Shown one piece after another: positions 41,209 through 51,298 of a DNA stretch of 64,000 bases (position 1 is its first letter; the number at the start of each line of letters is the position of its first letter). Origin of the DNA: an uncultured virus (IMG/VR IMGVR_UViG_3300010001_000023). Its lineage: Duplodnaviria > Heunggongvirae > Uroviricota > Caudoviricetes. Below the pieces are notes generated by a model. It saw nothing but the letters and a program-made list of their open reading frames with translations. It ran no database searches and was not told the origin of the DNA. Location: IMG/VR virus record IMGVR_UViG_3300010001_000023, positions 62,001 through 126,000 of that record; one strand, written 5' to 3'. Position numbers and translations under genes: made by a program.

Positions 41209-41928
41209 TCATACTTCTTCGTGGTCTACGAATACGAAGTTACCCATTTCACGAGTTTTAGTGTCTAATGAAGCTTTAAGAGTCATTTCAGGAGTGAAGG
41301 CTGAACCAGCTTCAAATCCCATTTCAAACTCAGAAGATGGAGTAACGTTTTCAAACAAGATGTAAACATCTTTAACGATTGCTTCAGTTTCCATATCGTA
41401 TGCATAAGTAAATAACTGAGCTTTGTATTTCTCAGCGAACTTATCAGAACGCATTGGAATTGTTTGACCAGTTACATCTTTTTCGTAGACAGCTGCAACA
41501 GTAGAACCTACTTCTAAATCTGGTACAGTAAGTTCACCAGCAGTAGCTTCACCAGTAAAGTTTTTACCTTCTTTATCTGAAACAACGACTGAACCAGAAT
41601 AAGCTGAATCTTTCAATGTTACTTTACCGCCAGCTTCAACTTCAACACGGTCAGTTTGCAATACTTTAACTGTTTGGTCTTCAAGTACTTTAACACCTTG
41701 TGTAGCAGCTAACCAGTTAGTACTGAATGTAGCATCTGTTACTGAGATTTCGATTTCTTTACCAGATTTAATTGTGTAAAGTGTACCGTTACCGATACCA
41801 CCTTTAATTGCTTCTTCTTCAACTGTTTGGCTGATAGAAGCACTTTGAGTTGTGCCAGTAGCGATAGTAAAACCATCACTTTTTCTTTTTAATGTAACAT
41901 CTGCTGTATCTTGAATATATAATGGCAT
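41209..41928 (-). CDS. Major tail (tube) protein; possible read-through form ending at 41128
   Basis: 239 aa, acidic and beta-rich, strongly biased codons, RBS GGAGG; position after the neck genes. Confidence 0.8.
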   Translation of the reverse strand: MPLYIQDTADVTLKRKSDGFTIATGTTQSASISQTVEEEAIKGGIGNGTLYTIKSGKEIEISVTDATFSTNWLAATQGVKVLEDQTVKVLQTDRVEVEAGGKVTLKDSAYSGSVVVSDKEGKNFTGEATAGELTVPDLEVGSTVAAVYEKDVTGQTIPMRSDKFAEKYKAQLFTYAYDMETEAIVKDVYILFENVTPSSEFEMGFEAGSAFTPEMTLKASLDTKTREMGNFVFVDHEEV

Positions 41929-41967
41929 ATTCGTATTTCCTCCTATAAAATGTTTTTATAATTTATT

Positions 41968-42786
41968 TTATTTAACGTAACCGCTCATTGAATTTGTGAA
42001 TTGTTCAAGTGACTGATCTTTATTCCTGTTTTTGTTTGTACTAATATTAGTAGTCCATGCGACAGGTTCAACCTCATCTGATACAGTTCTGAATAGCGTT
42101 CTTTCACTGTTCGCAATAAACAAGCCGATACGTTGAAATGAATGTTGTAATTGCAATGAATTCCATTTAGCTATATCTTTGTAATCAATCCCCATGTGTA
42201 CTGCACATGAAGAAATCATAGTAGATAAATTAGGCGTTTCATCGTCTTCTTTTGATTTAGTTTTTGGCTTATCCTCTCTTTTATAGAGGACAGGGTTAAT
42301 CTTTGAAGTAATCTCAGATACACCATTTAGCTGTAACAATATACGTCTATAACTATCAAAAGCTTCATCTGAAAGATTGATAATAAAATCAGCACTCTTC
42401 ATTAATAAATCCTTGTTATATTCTTCTTCGTTCTCGTAATCTTCTTTAGTATCTTCTAAGTAATAGAACTTACAATAACAAGTAATAATAATATAATGAT
42501 TTAAAATTTCAGTGAAATATTCTTTTAACAGTGATAAGAATGTATGTGAATTATTTAATTCTGTCAGCAAATTAAAAACTTCTTTATCTGACTGACCTGT
42601 TTCAGCTTGTTGCCCTTTACCTAATTCTGCGAGTACCTTCTTCTTATCCATTGCAATAACACCTAAAGAAGTTGATCTTTGTATATACTCCTGTATGGAT
42701 AATGGCTTCATCTCACCAAACTCAGTAATGATAGGTAGACCTAATATCGCTCTTTCTTCAATAGATGAATTATTCATATAAATCAC
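41968..42786 (-). CDS. Hypothetical virion morphogenesis protein
   Basis: 272-aa ORF in the neck/tail operon. Confidence 0.6.
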   Translation of the reverse strand: MIYMNNSSIEERAILGLPIITEFGEMKPLSIQEYIQRSTSLGVIAMDKKKVLAELGKGQQAETGQSDKEVFNLLTELNNSHTFLSLLKEYFTEILNHYIIITCYCKFYYLEDTKEDYENEEEYNKDLLMKSADFIINLSDEAFDSYRRILLQLNGVSEITSKINPVLYKREDKPKTKSKEDDETPNLSTMISSCAVHMGIDYKDIAKWNSLQLQHSFQRIGLFIANSERTLFRTVSDEVEPVAWTTNISTNKNRNKDQSLEQFTNSMSGYVK

Positions 42787-43316
42787 CTCTGTTGATTCGT
42801 GATAATATATTTTTGTTCAAAGGCTAGGTATTCTTTTGGAGCTTCTCTTTTAAATGAGCGACCTGTTCTAGTCTGCCCGATACCTCCAATTCGTTGTCCT
42901 ACAAACAAAGTGTCTAATCTATCACAAATTTCCTCTATGCGGTAGTCAAATGAAAAGTCATTATGAGAAAGGATGGTGAATATTAACTCTCTTTCAGTTA
43001 GCATACGATTTCCGAACACTGGTACTGATTTACCTAAATAAACAAATATCACCGTCTTTTTAGTCTCAATGATATCATCAGCTTTTTCAGATTTTCGTAT
43101 TAAATCATTCGCAATTTCCTCAAACTTATCAGTTTCAAATTCAGTGACATTCGGTAAATTTTCATCTCTGAAATCAACATAATTATCATTGGCATCTTTA
43201 GGATTGTAATAAAGCAACCTCATTAAATGTTCATCTTGTTTCATAATGTTGATATACTTTTGAATAATGTTACCTCGACCATAAATTTTAAAATTATGTT
43301 GTGACATTTGTTTCAC
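42783..43316 (-). CDS. Putative tail terminator/neck protein
   Basis: Position; RIEEICDRLDTLF helix typical of the family. Confidence 0.5.
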   Translation of the reverse strand: MKQMSQHNFKIYGRGNIIQKYINIMKQDEHLMRLLYYNPKDANDNYVDFRDENLPNVTEFETDKFEEIANDLIRKSEKADDIIETKKTVIFVYLGKSVPVFGNRMLTERELIFTILSHNDFSFDYRIEEICDRLDTLFVGQRIGGIGQTRTGRSFKREAPKEYLAFEQKYIITNQQR

Positions 43317-43959
43317 TTACTTTCTGTGCTGACAACACGATATAACCTTTTTCATTAATAACTTTATCTAGTTGAATATCTGTAATTTTGTACTCATCGT
43401 TAAATATATTAAATTGATGATTCAAAGGAATCTGTTTAATATAATTTGGTTGATATTGCATATAGATTACGATTCGCCCCTCAGCTAAAGGTAAAATTGC
43501 ATTGTCTGCAATAGAATAGCCTTTCACATCGACTACAATAGGCACTTCTTTTGTAACATATTCATACTTATAAGTTGTTCCTCTTGATCCAACCACAGGA
43601 ATCTTACGAGTTTCGATAGGTACTAAGAATGTGTCATTACATAGTTTTCCGTATAAATTAGGGTAAATGTCATCATCATTAGTCTTCATAATCAGATAAG
43701 TATAATTTCTATATTTAACATAGTTCCCAATGTCAGCTAATGGTGATTCAGGCTCAAGTAAAAAAGTCCTATCAAAATAGTCTCTTTGATAATTTGATAC
43801 AATAGCCTGTGTCTCAGTCTCATTAATTGTCACCTTGTATAAAGTAGGGGAGTTTAACACAAATCTACGTGCAGCATCAATAGAAAAGTTTCTTGTATGC
43901 TCTGGTATAGAAGTACCATAAGGTGTGTTCATGGCTTTATATCTATCAAGATAATCCAT
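43294..43959 (-). CDS. Putative head-closure protein
   Basis: Position in the neck cluster; beta-rich. Confidence 0.5.
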   Translation of the reverse strand: MDYLDRYKAMNTPYGTSIPEHTRNFSIDAARRFVLNSPTLYKVTINETETQAIVSNYQRDYFDRTFLLEPESPLADIGNYVKYRNYTYLIMKTNDDDIYPNLYGKLCNDTFLVPIETRKIPVVGSRGTTYKYEYVTKEVPIVVDVKGYSIADNAILPLAEGRIVIYMQYQPNYIKQIPLNHQFNIFNDEYKITDIQLDKVINEKGYIVLSAQKVSETNVTT

Positions 43960-44278
43960 CTTCGACAACACCTTTCTCACGATCAATCATATTAATCATT
44001 GAGAATACTTGAGTCCTGACTCTTGCTACAGCTTCATTACTATGCAACTCTTTAATAGAGTAGTCTTCATGAAATGTATAAAGTGAACTCATCACCTTAA
44101 CATACCATGCTGTCTCCGTCTCCAATACACATGGATATACTTTAGGAAGTCCTTTAAGTTCATGTATTAATGATTCCAGATACTTGTCAATATAATTATT
44201 CTTTTCTTCGCATAACGGTAGAATTTTAAATACTCTGTTCTTTAACTCCTCAAGGTAAACAGCATATACTTTATCCAT
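43946..44278 (-). CDS. Hypothetical neck-cluster protein
   Basis: Overlaps both neighbours. Confidence 0.55.
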   Translation of the reverse strand: MDKVYAVYLEELKNRVFKILPLCEEKNNYIDKYLESLIHELKGLPKVYPCVLETETAWYVKVMSSLYTFHEDYSIKELHSNEAVARVRTQVFSMINMIDREKGVVEDGLS

Positions 44279-44711
44279 TGTTTTTGTCTCTCATTCTAAA
44301 TTTCTGCCTGAAACTATATGAGTTCTTTTTAGCATCAACTAATGATTGATATTTAGACTTAGTATCTTTTAATTCCTTGAGTAAAGCAGCTTGAGAGTAT
44401 GTTTTGTAATCCTTTGAGTTCAATTGAATACGCATGTTATCTTCCGAGATAATAAACTTATCTAGGTAGTTGACAGCCATCAACAATGCGATAATTTCTT
44501 CTTCTTCCACAGATAAAGTTTCAACAAATTCCGAAGCAACACCGTTGTCAGTGAACAATAATTTATCCTCAGATAATTCTGGAAAATAGGCTAAAGCACT
44601 GATAAGCTTTGACTGTAAATCAGCTTCTAAAACTGACTTATCTATCTGTGCAATAGAGAAGTCTGTAATTTTAGATAAAAATTTGTCATAAATCGAAGTA
44701 AATTTTGTCAA
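44271..44711 (-). CDS. Putative head-tail adaptor
   Basis: Helical 146-aa protein two genes after the capsid gene; RBS AGGAGG. Confidence 0.55.
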   Translation of the reverse strand: MTKFTSIYDKFLSKITDFSIAQIDKSVLEADLQSKLISALAYFPELSEDKLLFTDNGVASEFVETLSVEEEEIIALLMAVNYLDKFIISEDNMRIQLNSKDYKTYSQAALLKELKDTKSKYQSLVDAKKNSYSFRQKFRMRDKNNG

Positions 44712-44732
44712 GAGCTTCTCCTCCTAACAAGA

Positions 44733-45272
44733 TTAAGAATTCAAAACTGAGTGTACTTTATCAATCTTAAGAGCTTCCTCAAAAGCCTTGATTAAGTGTA
44801 TGTCTGCGATTTCACCATTTGCGTATCTTTGTCTTAATACAGTGGCTACTACTTCTTTAGTAGTATCAGTTAAAGTTGGGATAGTTTCTAATATTTCATT
44901 TGGATCTGACTCGAATAAAAGATCAATTTTATCTTCTAACAAGATACCAGTCATTTCTTTTTCAAGACCTAGATATTTAACAACATCCTCTTCTTCAATC
45001 CAAAGCCATCCATTCTTAAACACATTTCGATCTGTATTTTTCAAAACAGTTAAATCTTCGACAGTCATCCAGTCGGAATCCATAAAATTTGATAGTTCTA
45101 AATAACCGTTACCTTTTTTAGCTGAATAATAGAAACTAGAAGTAGTCGCATTATAGACTAATACTTCAGTGTCTTTACTCACTTGCGGTCTTTTTTTGGT
45201 AACTGGCTCAGTTGTTTTTTCTACTTTATTTTCTACTGTTTCTTCAGTAGCAGTTGTTCTTTTAACAGCCAT
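44733..45272 (-). CDS. Hypothetical virion protein
   Basis: 179 aa, directly after the capsid gene terminator. Confidence 0.6.
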   Translation of the reverse strand: MAVKRTTATEETVENKVEKTTEPVTKKRPQVSKDTEVLVYNATTSSFYYSAKKGNGYLELSNFMDSDWMTVEDLTVLKNTDRNVFKNGWLWIEEEDVVKYLGLEKEMTGILLEDKIDLLFESDPNEILETIPTLTDTTKEVVATVLRQRYANGEIADIHLIKAFEEALKIDKVHSVLNS

Positions 45273-45304
45273 ATTACTTTCTCCTTTTACTCTTTAAAAA
45301 TAAG

Positions 45305-45328
45305 AAGGCTAGGAATTAACCCAGCCTA
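45305..45328 (-). terminator. Terminator after the major capsid gene
   Basis: AGGCTGGG-TTAATT-CCTAGCCT followed by a T-rich tract. Confidence 0.65.
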
Positions 45329-45334
45329 AAATAA

Positions 45335-46336
45335 TTATGATAATTCAATGACACCAAATTTAGCAGCAGATACTACAGACACACCAGCGATTTGGATGAT
45401 GTCGTGTTGCATTTGCATATCTTGACGGTTGTTTTCTGTACCATTAGCTTCACGAACGAAAGTTTGACCTAAGTAAACTTTAACGATTTTTTGAGCAGCA
45501 GCAGGTAATACAAGGATTTGCTTGTCATTAAGAGCGAACTCATCAGTAAGAGCTTTGTGGAATTGTGGTAATTCCAATACTTGGTATCCATCAACCATGC
45601 CAAAGAATCCTTTAACATTGCGTTCTCCAGCTTGAGCATCTGAGAAATATTCAGGTTTCAGTTTACGAAGTGCAGCTTTTGTACCAACTAATAAAGCTTG
45701 TCCATTGTCAGCTTCCACATGGTCAGCAACTTCCAGAGCTTTTTCACGGATTGCATCTACACCTGAAGAAGAAGCGATTGACTGCTTGTAAACACCAGTT
45801 AATCCATCAACAGAAGCAGCAAATGCTTGAGCAATACGAGAGAAGTATTCGTTAACGATAGAATCAGCAGCACGTTGAACGAATACTGACCAATCTGTTT
45901 GACCAGCTAAGAAACGAACTAACTCTTCGTATGTACCTACAGAAATAGCTTCAACTTTGATAGAGAAGTCTTCTGAATCTAAACGATGACGAGTTACGTT
46001 TCCGTTACCCAATGAAATAGTATTAACAGGGAAAAGTGACAAATCGTCAACGTGGAACATATTTTCTTCGTTCAAAGCGATAGATTTAAATTCAGCAAAT
46101 TGACCAAACACTTCTTTTGTACGATCATTAACGATAGGTGTAATAGTTTCTTCGATGAAAGCGAACAATTCATCTTTATGTTTACGGTAAGCCTGCATTG
46201 TTAATTTGTCAGTACCAAAACGAGTAATCATTGCTTGACGGATTACTTCAGAACCATCTTTCGCTGAGTATTGTTGTACGTTGCCTTTAGCTACATCTTT
46301 AGCTAAAGCAACAATGTTATTATCTAGTAAAGTCAT
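45335..46336 (-). CDS. Major capsid protein
   Basis: 333 aa, highly biased codons, strong RBS; order portal-protease-decoration-capsid as in SPbeta-like phages. Confidence 0.85.
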   Translation of the reverse strand: MTLLDNNIVALAKDVAKGNVQQYSAKDGSEVIRQAMITRFGTDKLTMQAYRKHKDELFAFIEETITPIVNDRTKEVFGQFAEFKSIALNEENMFHVDDLSLFPVNTISLGNGNVTRHRLDSEDFSIKVEAISVGTYEELVRFLAGQTDWSVFVQRAADSIVNEYFSRIAQAFAASVDGLTGVYKQSIASSSGVDAIREKALEVADHVEADNGQALLVGTKAALRKLKPEYFSDAQAGERNVKGFFGMVDGYQVLELPQFHKALTDEFALNDKQILVLPAAAQKIVKVYLGQTFVREANGTENNRQDMQMQHDIIQIAGVSVVSAAKFGVIELS

Positions 46337-46376
46337 TATTTATTTTCCTCCATATGTATGTATAATTTATTTTTTA

Positions 46377-46811
46377 TTACTTGAATTTGCGGATTTGGTA
46401 AGCAGGGCGACGGTCAATACCGATTGTACGAACTAAGTCTACAACATAGTCGCCAGCAGCATCTTTAGCAAGCTTTCCTGCTGTGACAGCAAGAACGTCT
46501 CCAGCTACAAAGCCAGTAGCATGTAATTTTTGTTCAACAGTTACAGTATCGCCTTTTTCAAGTTGGTGAACACGCATAACGTCTCCAGCTTGGTTAGTGT
46601 AATCGAAACCTTTAGTTGTATCTCCAGTTGTATATTCAACAGTAGATACTAAGTATGCGTTATCAGCAGCAGCTTCAACAGCTTGGTGTAAACGACCTTC
46701 GCCTTCTACTAAGTTTCCTAGACCAACAAACTCACCATTCTCGTAAACTTTGTCAGCTTTTACTGATTCTACTCGTGCATTGTGTACAGCAGTTAATTCT
46801 AATTTAGCCAT
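46377..46811 (-). CDS. Putative head decoration protein
   Basis: 144 aa, Ala/Gly/Val-rich, highly biased codons, immediately before the capsid gene. Confidence 0.65.
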   Translation of the reverse strand: MAKLELTAVHNARVESVKADKVYENGEFVGLGNLVEGEGRLHQAVEAAADNAYLVSTVEYTTGDTTKGFDYTNQAGDVMRVHQLEKGDTVTVEQKLHATGFVAGDVLAVTAGKLAKDAAGDYVVDLVRTIGIDRRPAYQIRKFK

Positions 46812-46840
46812 TATTTATTTTCCTCCGATATATTTATAAT

Positions 46841-48187
46841 TTATTTTTTAAGATACTGTTTAAAAATTCCACCGTATACGTCAGACTCTTCTTTAGAGTT
46901 ATCTAACGCTGTAAATACAGGTGCAATATCTGTATCTTCAATTTGTTTAGTTTCAACTTCACCAGTTGATAATTTTTTACCAATGATAGAGAAGATGTGC
47001 AATTCAGTATCTTCTACTGATAATTCTTTAGCTTTTAATGTAGAAATTTCATCTGGAGTCAGATTATCCTTGTGTTTGCTGAATAATGCATTAACCTCTT
47101 TTTCACGAATCTCTTTTTTCAAGCTAAACAATTCATTTTCTAAACGAGTTTTTTCAGTAAGAATATCTTCCAATTCTTTCGCAGAGTACTCGTTATCCAA
47201 AACTGTAATACGGTCAATTACTGATTCTTGTTTTTCTGCATCTTCACGTTGTGCTTTATGTACCTCAGCCAATGTATCAACATCTTCTTCAACTACAATA
47301 TTAACGTGATCTTTAGTGTCAAGATTCTCTTCTTTCTTTTCTTCAGCTTCCTCAGCAACTTCTTCTTTTACTTCAGCCTTTGCAGCAGCTTTTTTACGTG
47401 CTGGCTTTTTAGTTTCAGTCTCTTCAGTTTTTACTTCTGCTTCGACTTTTTCTTCAGCTTCTTTGGCTTCAACAAATTCTGTTTCAACTTTTTCTTCTTT
47501 AGCCATAGTTCCTCCTTCTTCTTCATTCTTTGTAAATGAAAGATTATATAAATTTATTTTTTCATCAATATAATTTTTTGCCTTTTGCGTAAAGATCATT
47601 TCAACCGTACTATTTTCCATAGCAGGCATTTCATCCTTCCCTAAAAGGCAAGCACCATTGAATTTAAAATCAGTAAACTCAAATTTACCATTCGAGAAAT
47701 TACCAGAATATTCACTAGCTAGTTCCATTGATTGTCCAGTAGCACCTGATTTATTCATAATAATATCTACCGCATCATCCCACTTGTTCCAAAGTAATCC
47801 TTCACAAGTCAGATATTCACGTTCAATACCATCATCACATAATCTCATTTCAAATTGTGCATTGTTGTCAGTCGGGATCACTCCATACGGAATCGTCTTA
47901 TTGACTAACTTCAACTCACCATCTTCACTAACATTTAATTCAATCTCATGTCCTTGAAAATCTTGTTGATCCTCTGAATTGAAACCAACACTTCCCACGA
48001 TAGGTGTGTTAGATAAAGTAGGAATAGCACGTTCTACAACTTCCTTAGTGAAAACAGAGCCATTATGGTTTAAACCTAAGTGCATCAACCATATCTTAAC
48101 TCTAGTAAAACGAGTGTCCTCACCAACAGAAAATTCTTGTAAAGGTTGAGTCATCATTGGCACAACATTGTTAACATAGTTAATCAT
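46841..48187 (-). CDS. Prohead protease/scaffold protein
   Basis: GLNHNGSVF, GQSMEL and FNGACLLG N-terminal domain plus Glu/Lys-rich scaffold tail. Confidence 0.75.
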   Translation of the reverse strand: MINYVNNVVPMMTQPLQEFSVGEDTRFTRVKIWLMHLGLNHNGSVFTKEVVERAIPTLSNTPIVGSVGFNSEDQQDFQGHEIELNVSEDGELKLVNKTIPYGVIPTDNNAQFEMRLCDDGIEREYLTCEGLLWNKWDDAVDIIMNKSGATGQSMELASEYSGNFSNGKFEFTDFKFNGACLLGKDEMPAMENSTVEMIFTQKAKNYIDEKINLYNLSFTKNEEEGGTMAKEEKVETEFVEAKEAEEKVEAEVKTEETETKKPARKKAAAKAEVKEEVAEEAEEKKEENLDTKDHVNIVVEEDVDTLAEVHKAQREDAEKQESVIDRITVLDNEYSAKELEDILTEKTRLENELFSLKKEIREKEVNALFSKHKDNLTPDEISTLKAKELSVEDTELHIFSIIGKKLSTGEVETKQIEDTDIAPVFTALDNSKEESDVYGGIFKQYLKK

Positions 48188-48190
48188 ATT

Positions 48191-49750
48191 TTATTTTTCA
48201 CCGCCTTTTAATGCACTAGAATCAGAATCACGATTAGTTTGTCCACTATCACTTAATTCCTTACTATCCTTTTGTGGTCTTCCACCTTCATCTTGAGTAG
48301 CGGAATTCATACCACCAGTGTAAGAACTAGCAAGTGGAATCATATTAATATCTAAATCAAGAATATTGTTTTCGAGTTCTAATGTATTAGCCAGTGTATG
48401 ATAATCTTGTCTATGCATAGCAGCAATCTTACCTCTTACAGCAAATCCTAATGAACCAGCAGTGACCAATTGATCTAAATACTCTTGTTCACTAAAACCA
48501 GTTACATCTAATAACGTAATCTTCCAATTATTTTTGGTTACAATATCTTTAGAATATTTAATCTTACGATTCAACCAGCGTTCAACCTGTCTATAAAAAT
48601 CAATGACTAAATGTTCATCTTTTCTTAATGATGAAGCTAATCCACCTGTAGAGTTTTTATCATTATTAAACAAGAATGAAGATACACCAGACGAATTATA
48701 TACGTCTCTCAACGCTTCTGATACTTTATCCCCGTTATCATTCTGTTCTAATTTAATAGAGCTAATTTCCATAGGTGAGACGATTGCCCCTATCTCTGGA
48801 GGTAAACTTTCCTCAACCATATATTGAAAATAATCCACTGATTCTGTTGAGATAGAATAATTATCAGGTTGATAATCACCTTTATTATTGTCAAACATAG
48901 GAACTTTCTGATGTAATAACATATAGTTATTAATTTTAGCTCCTGCTTTCTTTAACTTCTTATAATCATTAAGTTCCAACAAACTACCAATAACCATTGA
49001 AAATGGTGGTATAATATCCAGTGTATCTTCATCAAATTTGAAACATACACTTCTCGTAAAAGTAGGGGAGAACCATCTATCTACTTCTTTCATGGTATAT
49101 AGCTTATAAGCTAATATAAACTCTGGAGGATAAGTGTCTATTAATCCTTTTCGAGTGTCAAAATAAGCTAGATTAAATTGAAATACATACATACCATCTG
49201 ACATTCCGATAATCCTACAGTAATCTGAATCTAATCTCAAAATGAAGTAGTTATTGCTATCTTCAACTTCGTAGCCAAAGAATACATCTTCAATTACACA
49301 TGTTTTAAATGCTTTTTTTAATTCATGTGGAAGATTCATTTTATTTAATTGTTGTGAGATAGCTCCCAACTCTTTTTTTACCGTGGATTTAACCATTTTT
49401 TGACTCTTATCATGAATAGGGTCAATACTATAATAGAATCGAGACATATTGACGAAATAATTGATTAGAGACTTATATTCACCTGATGAGCGATACAGTC
49501 TACGTGATAAAGCTCTTAGTTCATTAGAAGAATTACTAGGATTTTTAATCCATTTATTCAACTGCTCTAAACTAATATCATCTAATGCTTGTATATTATT
49601 CTTATATAAAGCGGAAAGAGAGGAAGTCACATTCAAAGGAATCGTGATATTCTTTTCTTTAAAGTATTTGGTGAAACTATCACTGTTTTCTTTTGCTCTT
49701 TGAATACGTGTTAGTTCTAAATTTGAATCCTCTTTATTTTCTGTCATCAT
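48191..49750 (-). CDS. Portal protein
   Basis: 519 aa directly after the terminase; C-terminal GGRPQKD motif. Confidence 0.85.
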   Translation of the reverse strand: MMTENKEDSNLELTRIQRAKENSDSFTKYFKEKNITIPLNVTSSLSALYKNNIQALDDISLEQLNKWIKNPSNSSNELRALSRRLYRSSGEYKSLINYFVNMSRFYYSIDPIHDKSQKMVKSTVKKELGAISQQLNKMNLPHELKKAFKTCVIEDVFFGYEVEDSNNYFILRLDSDYCRIIGMSDGMYVFQFNLAYFDTRKGLIDTYPPEFILAYKLYTMKEVDRWFSPTFTRSVCFKFDEDTLDIIPPFSMVIGSLLELNDYKKLKKAGAKINNYMLLHQKVPMFDNNKGDYQPDNYSISTESVDYFQYMVEESLPPEIGAIVSPMEISSIKLEQNDNGDKVSEALRDVYNSSGVSSFLFNNDKNSTGGLASSLRKDEHLVIDFYRQVERWLNRKIKYSKDIVTKNNWKITLLDVTGFSEQEYLDQLVTAGSLGFAVRGKIAAMHRQDYHTLANTLELENNILDLDINMIPLASSYTGGMNSATQDEGGRPQKDSKELSDSGQTNRDSDSSALKGGEK

Positions 49751-49762
49751 TGTCCTCCTTTC

Positions 49763-51298
49763 CTAGATTACTGATTTTGGTTTTCTGAATTTACCGAACA
49801 TTTTTGGATTAGCAACTACTCCACCTTTATATAGGTCTCGCTCTAATTCAGTCGCTAAATGATTACCCATAGATACCGAAGAATATCTATCCTTACGGGC
49901 AGTTCCAGTAGTAACCAATTTAAACGAACCTCCATCCATTATAACTTGTTCTAAGTTCATAGCTTCTCCTATGAAGTACTCAGTCTGACGATAAGGATAT
50001 TTTATTAATGCTCTTATTCCTTCTTTAAGGTCTAAATATTTTAATTTTTTATTTAATATCATTTGTTCTTCCGCCACATTCTCTTGAATTAATAATCTGA
50101 AACGACCACGCATAAAAGCATCCGCAAGATTCTCAGCCATCTTCATATTTAATTCATTTGTAGCTCTAATAACATATATCACTTTTTTAGCTTCAGGATG
50201 TTTACATTCAGCAGCTAAATCAGGGTCGTTCATTACGTTTAAAGGGTCATACTCTGTACCACGCTCTGTATCAGGTAAGTACCGTCTTAAATTATCCAAC
50301 ACACCCATACCAACGTTTTTACTATCAAGCACAATATAGTCACATTCAAAATCATGGTACAACTGTTGAACTCTTATTGCCTGAGTCTCAAAGTCAACAC
50401 CTTCCATATCTTGCATGTAACATAGTTGACGTTCATAATATTTACCTTTGTTAATTAATCTAAGCAAACTAAATACAGAAGCATCATTTGCATTACCACC
50501 CATACGTGCCACATCGACAGCAAGTATTCTGATTTCTTTAGGTTCTTTAGGTGGATTGGTTATATTGGTATGTTCAGTTACTTCTTTAGGATAAAAAGCT
50601 TGATCTATTTTTCTATTCATATCAATCTTATTAAAGTTAAAGAAAGCTGCTTCTGATTCTCCCCACCAACGAGCTTCCATCTCCATAGCAAACTTCATTT
50701 CATTAAAGCCTTCTTGTTGTGCTTCGGCTTTCATTTGTTTATGTGAGTAAAGTTTTTCTTTGACACCAGTATAGTAAGGGATGTGACAAACAAATGTCTG
50801 TAAAGCATCTTTTGATTTCTTCTTCGTCATCTGCTTCACATAGCCTTTCATTGTGTTGTAAGACCAATGAGACTTCATCCATGCTGATGATAAATACATT
50901 TGCATATTTTCCTCACGGGGGTAATCTCTATATTCCTCTTTTTTATAGAAGTTGGGTTCACGTTGAGAGGTTAACATTTTCTTAAATACTGTATCAATAG
51001 TGTCTGCATCTACTTTAACAAACTCATCAACAAGTAATAGGTTAGCACGATGACCACGAGCATTATCAGTAGAAGCTACGACACGAATCCAACTTCCATT
51101 ACGAAACTCTATCATAGGTTTTTGATTACCTGTGTTAATATAAGTGATTTCACGTTGTAGTAGGGGGGACATAATTTCATTCTCTATTTTTTCTAAAACG
51201 TTGATACCTTGAGACTTCACGGGTGCGGTAATAATAATCTTAGTACTAGGAAACAGCACACATCTAGTAACACAATATACAGCAGAAAGAAAGGATTT
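49763..51298 (-). CDS. terL: Terminase large subunit, exon 2
   Basis: Begins KSFLSAVY; ARGHRANLLLVDEF Walker B, YLSSAW, ILAVDVARMGG nuclease motif, KDRYSS. Confidence 0.92.
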   Translation of the reverse strand, partial: KSFLSAVYCVTRCVLFPSTKIIITAPVKSQGINVLEKIENEIMSPLLQREITYINTGNQKPMIEFRNGSWIRVVASTDNARGHRANLLLVDEFVKVDADTIDTVFKKMLTSQREPNFYKKEEYRDYPREENMQMYLSSAWMKSHWSYNTMKGYVKQMTKKKSKDALQTFVCHIPYYTGVKEKLYSHKQMKAEAQQEGFNEMKFAMEMEARWWGESEAAFFNFNKIDMNRKIDQAFYPKEVTEHTNITNPPKEPKEIRILAVDVARMGGNANDASVFSLLRLINKGKYYERQLCYMQDMEGVDFETQAIRVQQLYHDFECDYIVLDSKNVGMGVLDNLRRYLPDTERGTEYDPLNVMNDPDLAAECKHPEAKKVIYVIRATNELNMKMAENLADAFMRGRFRLLIQENVAEEQMILNKKLKYLDLKEGIRALIKYPYRQTEYFIGEAMNLEQVIMDGGSFKLVTTGTARKDRYSSVSMGNHLATELERDLYKGGVVANPKMFGKFRKPKSVI

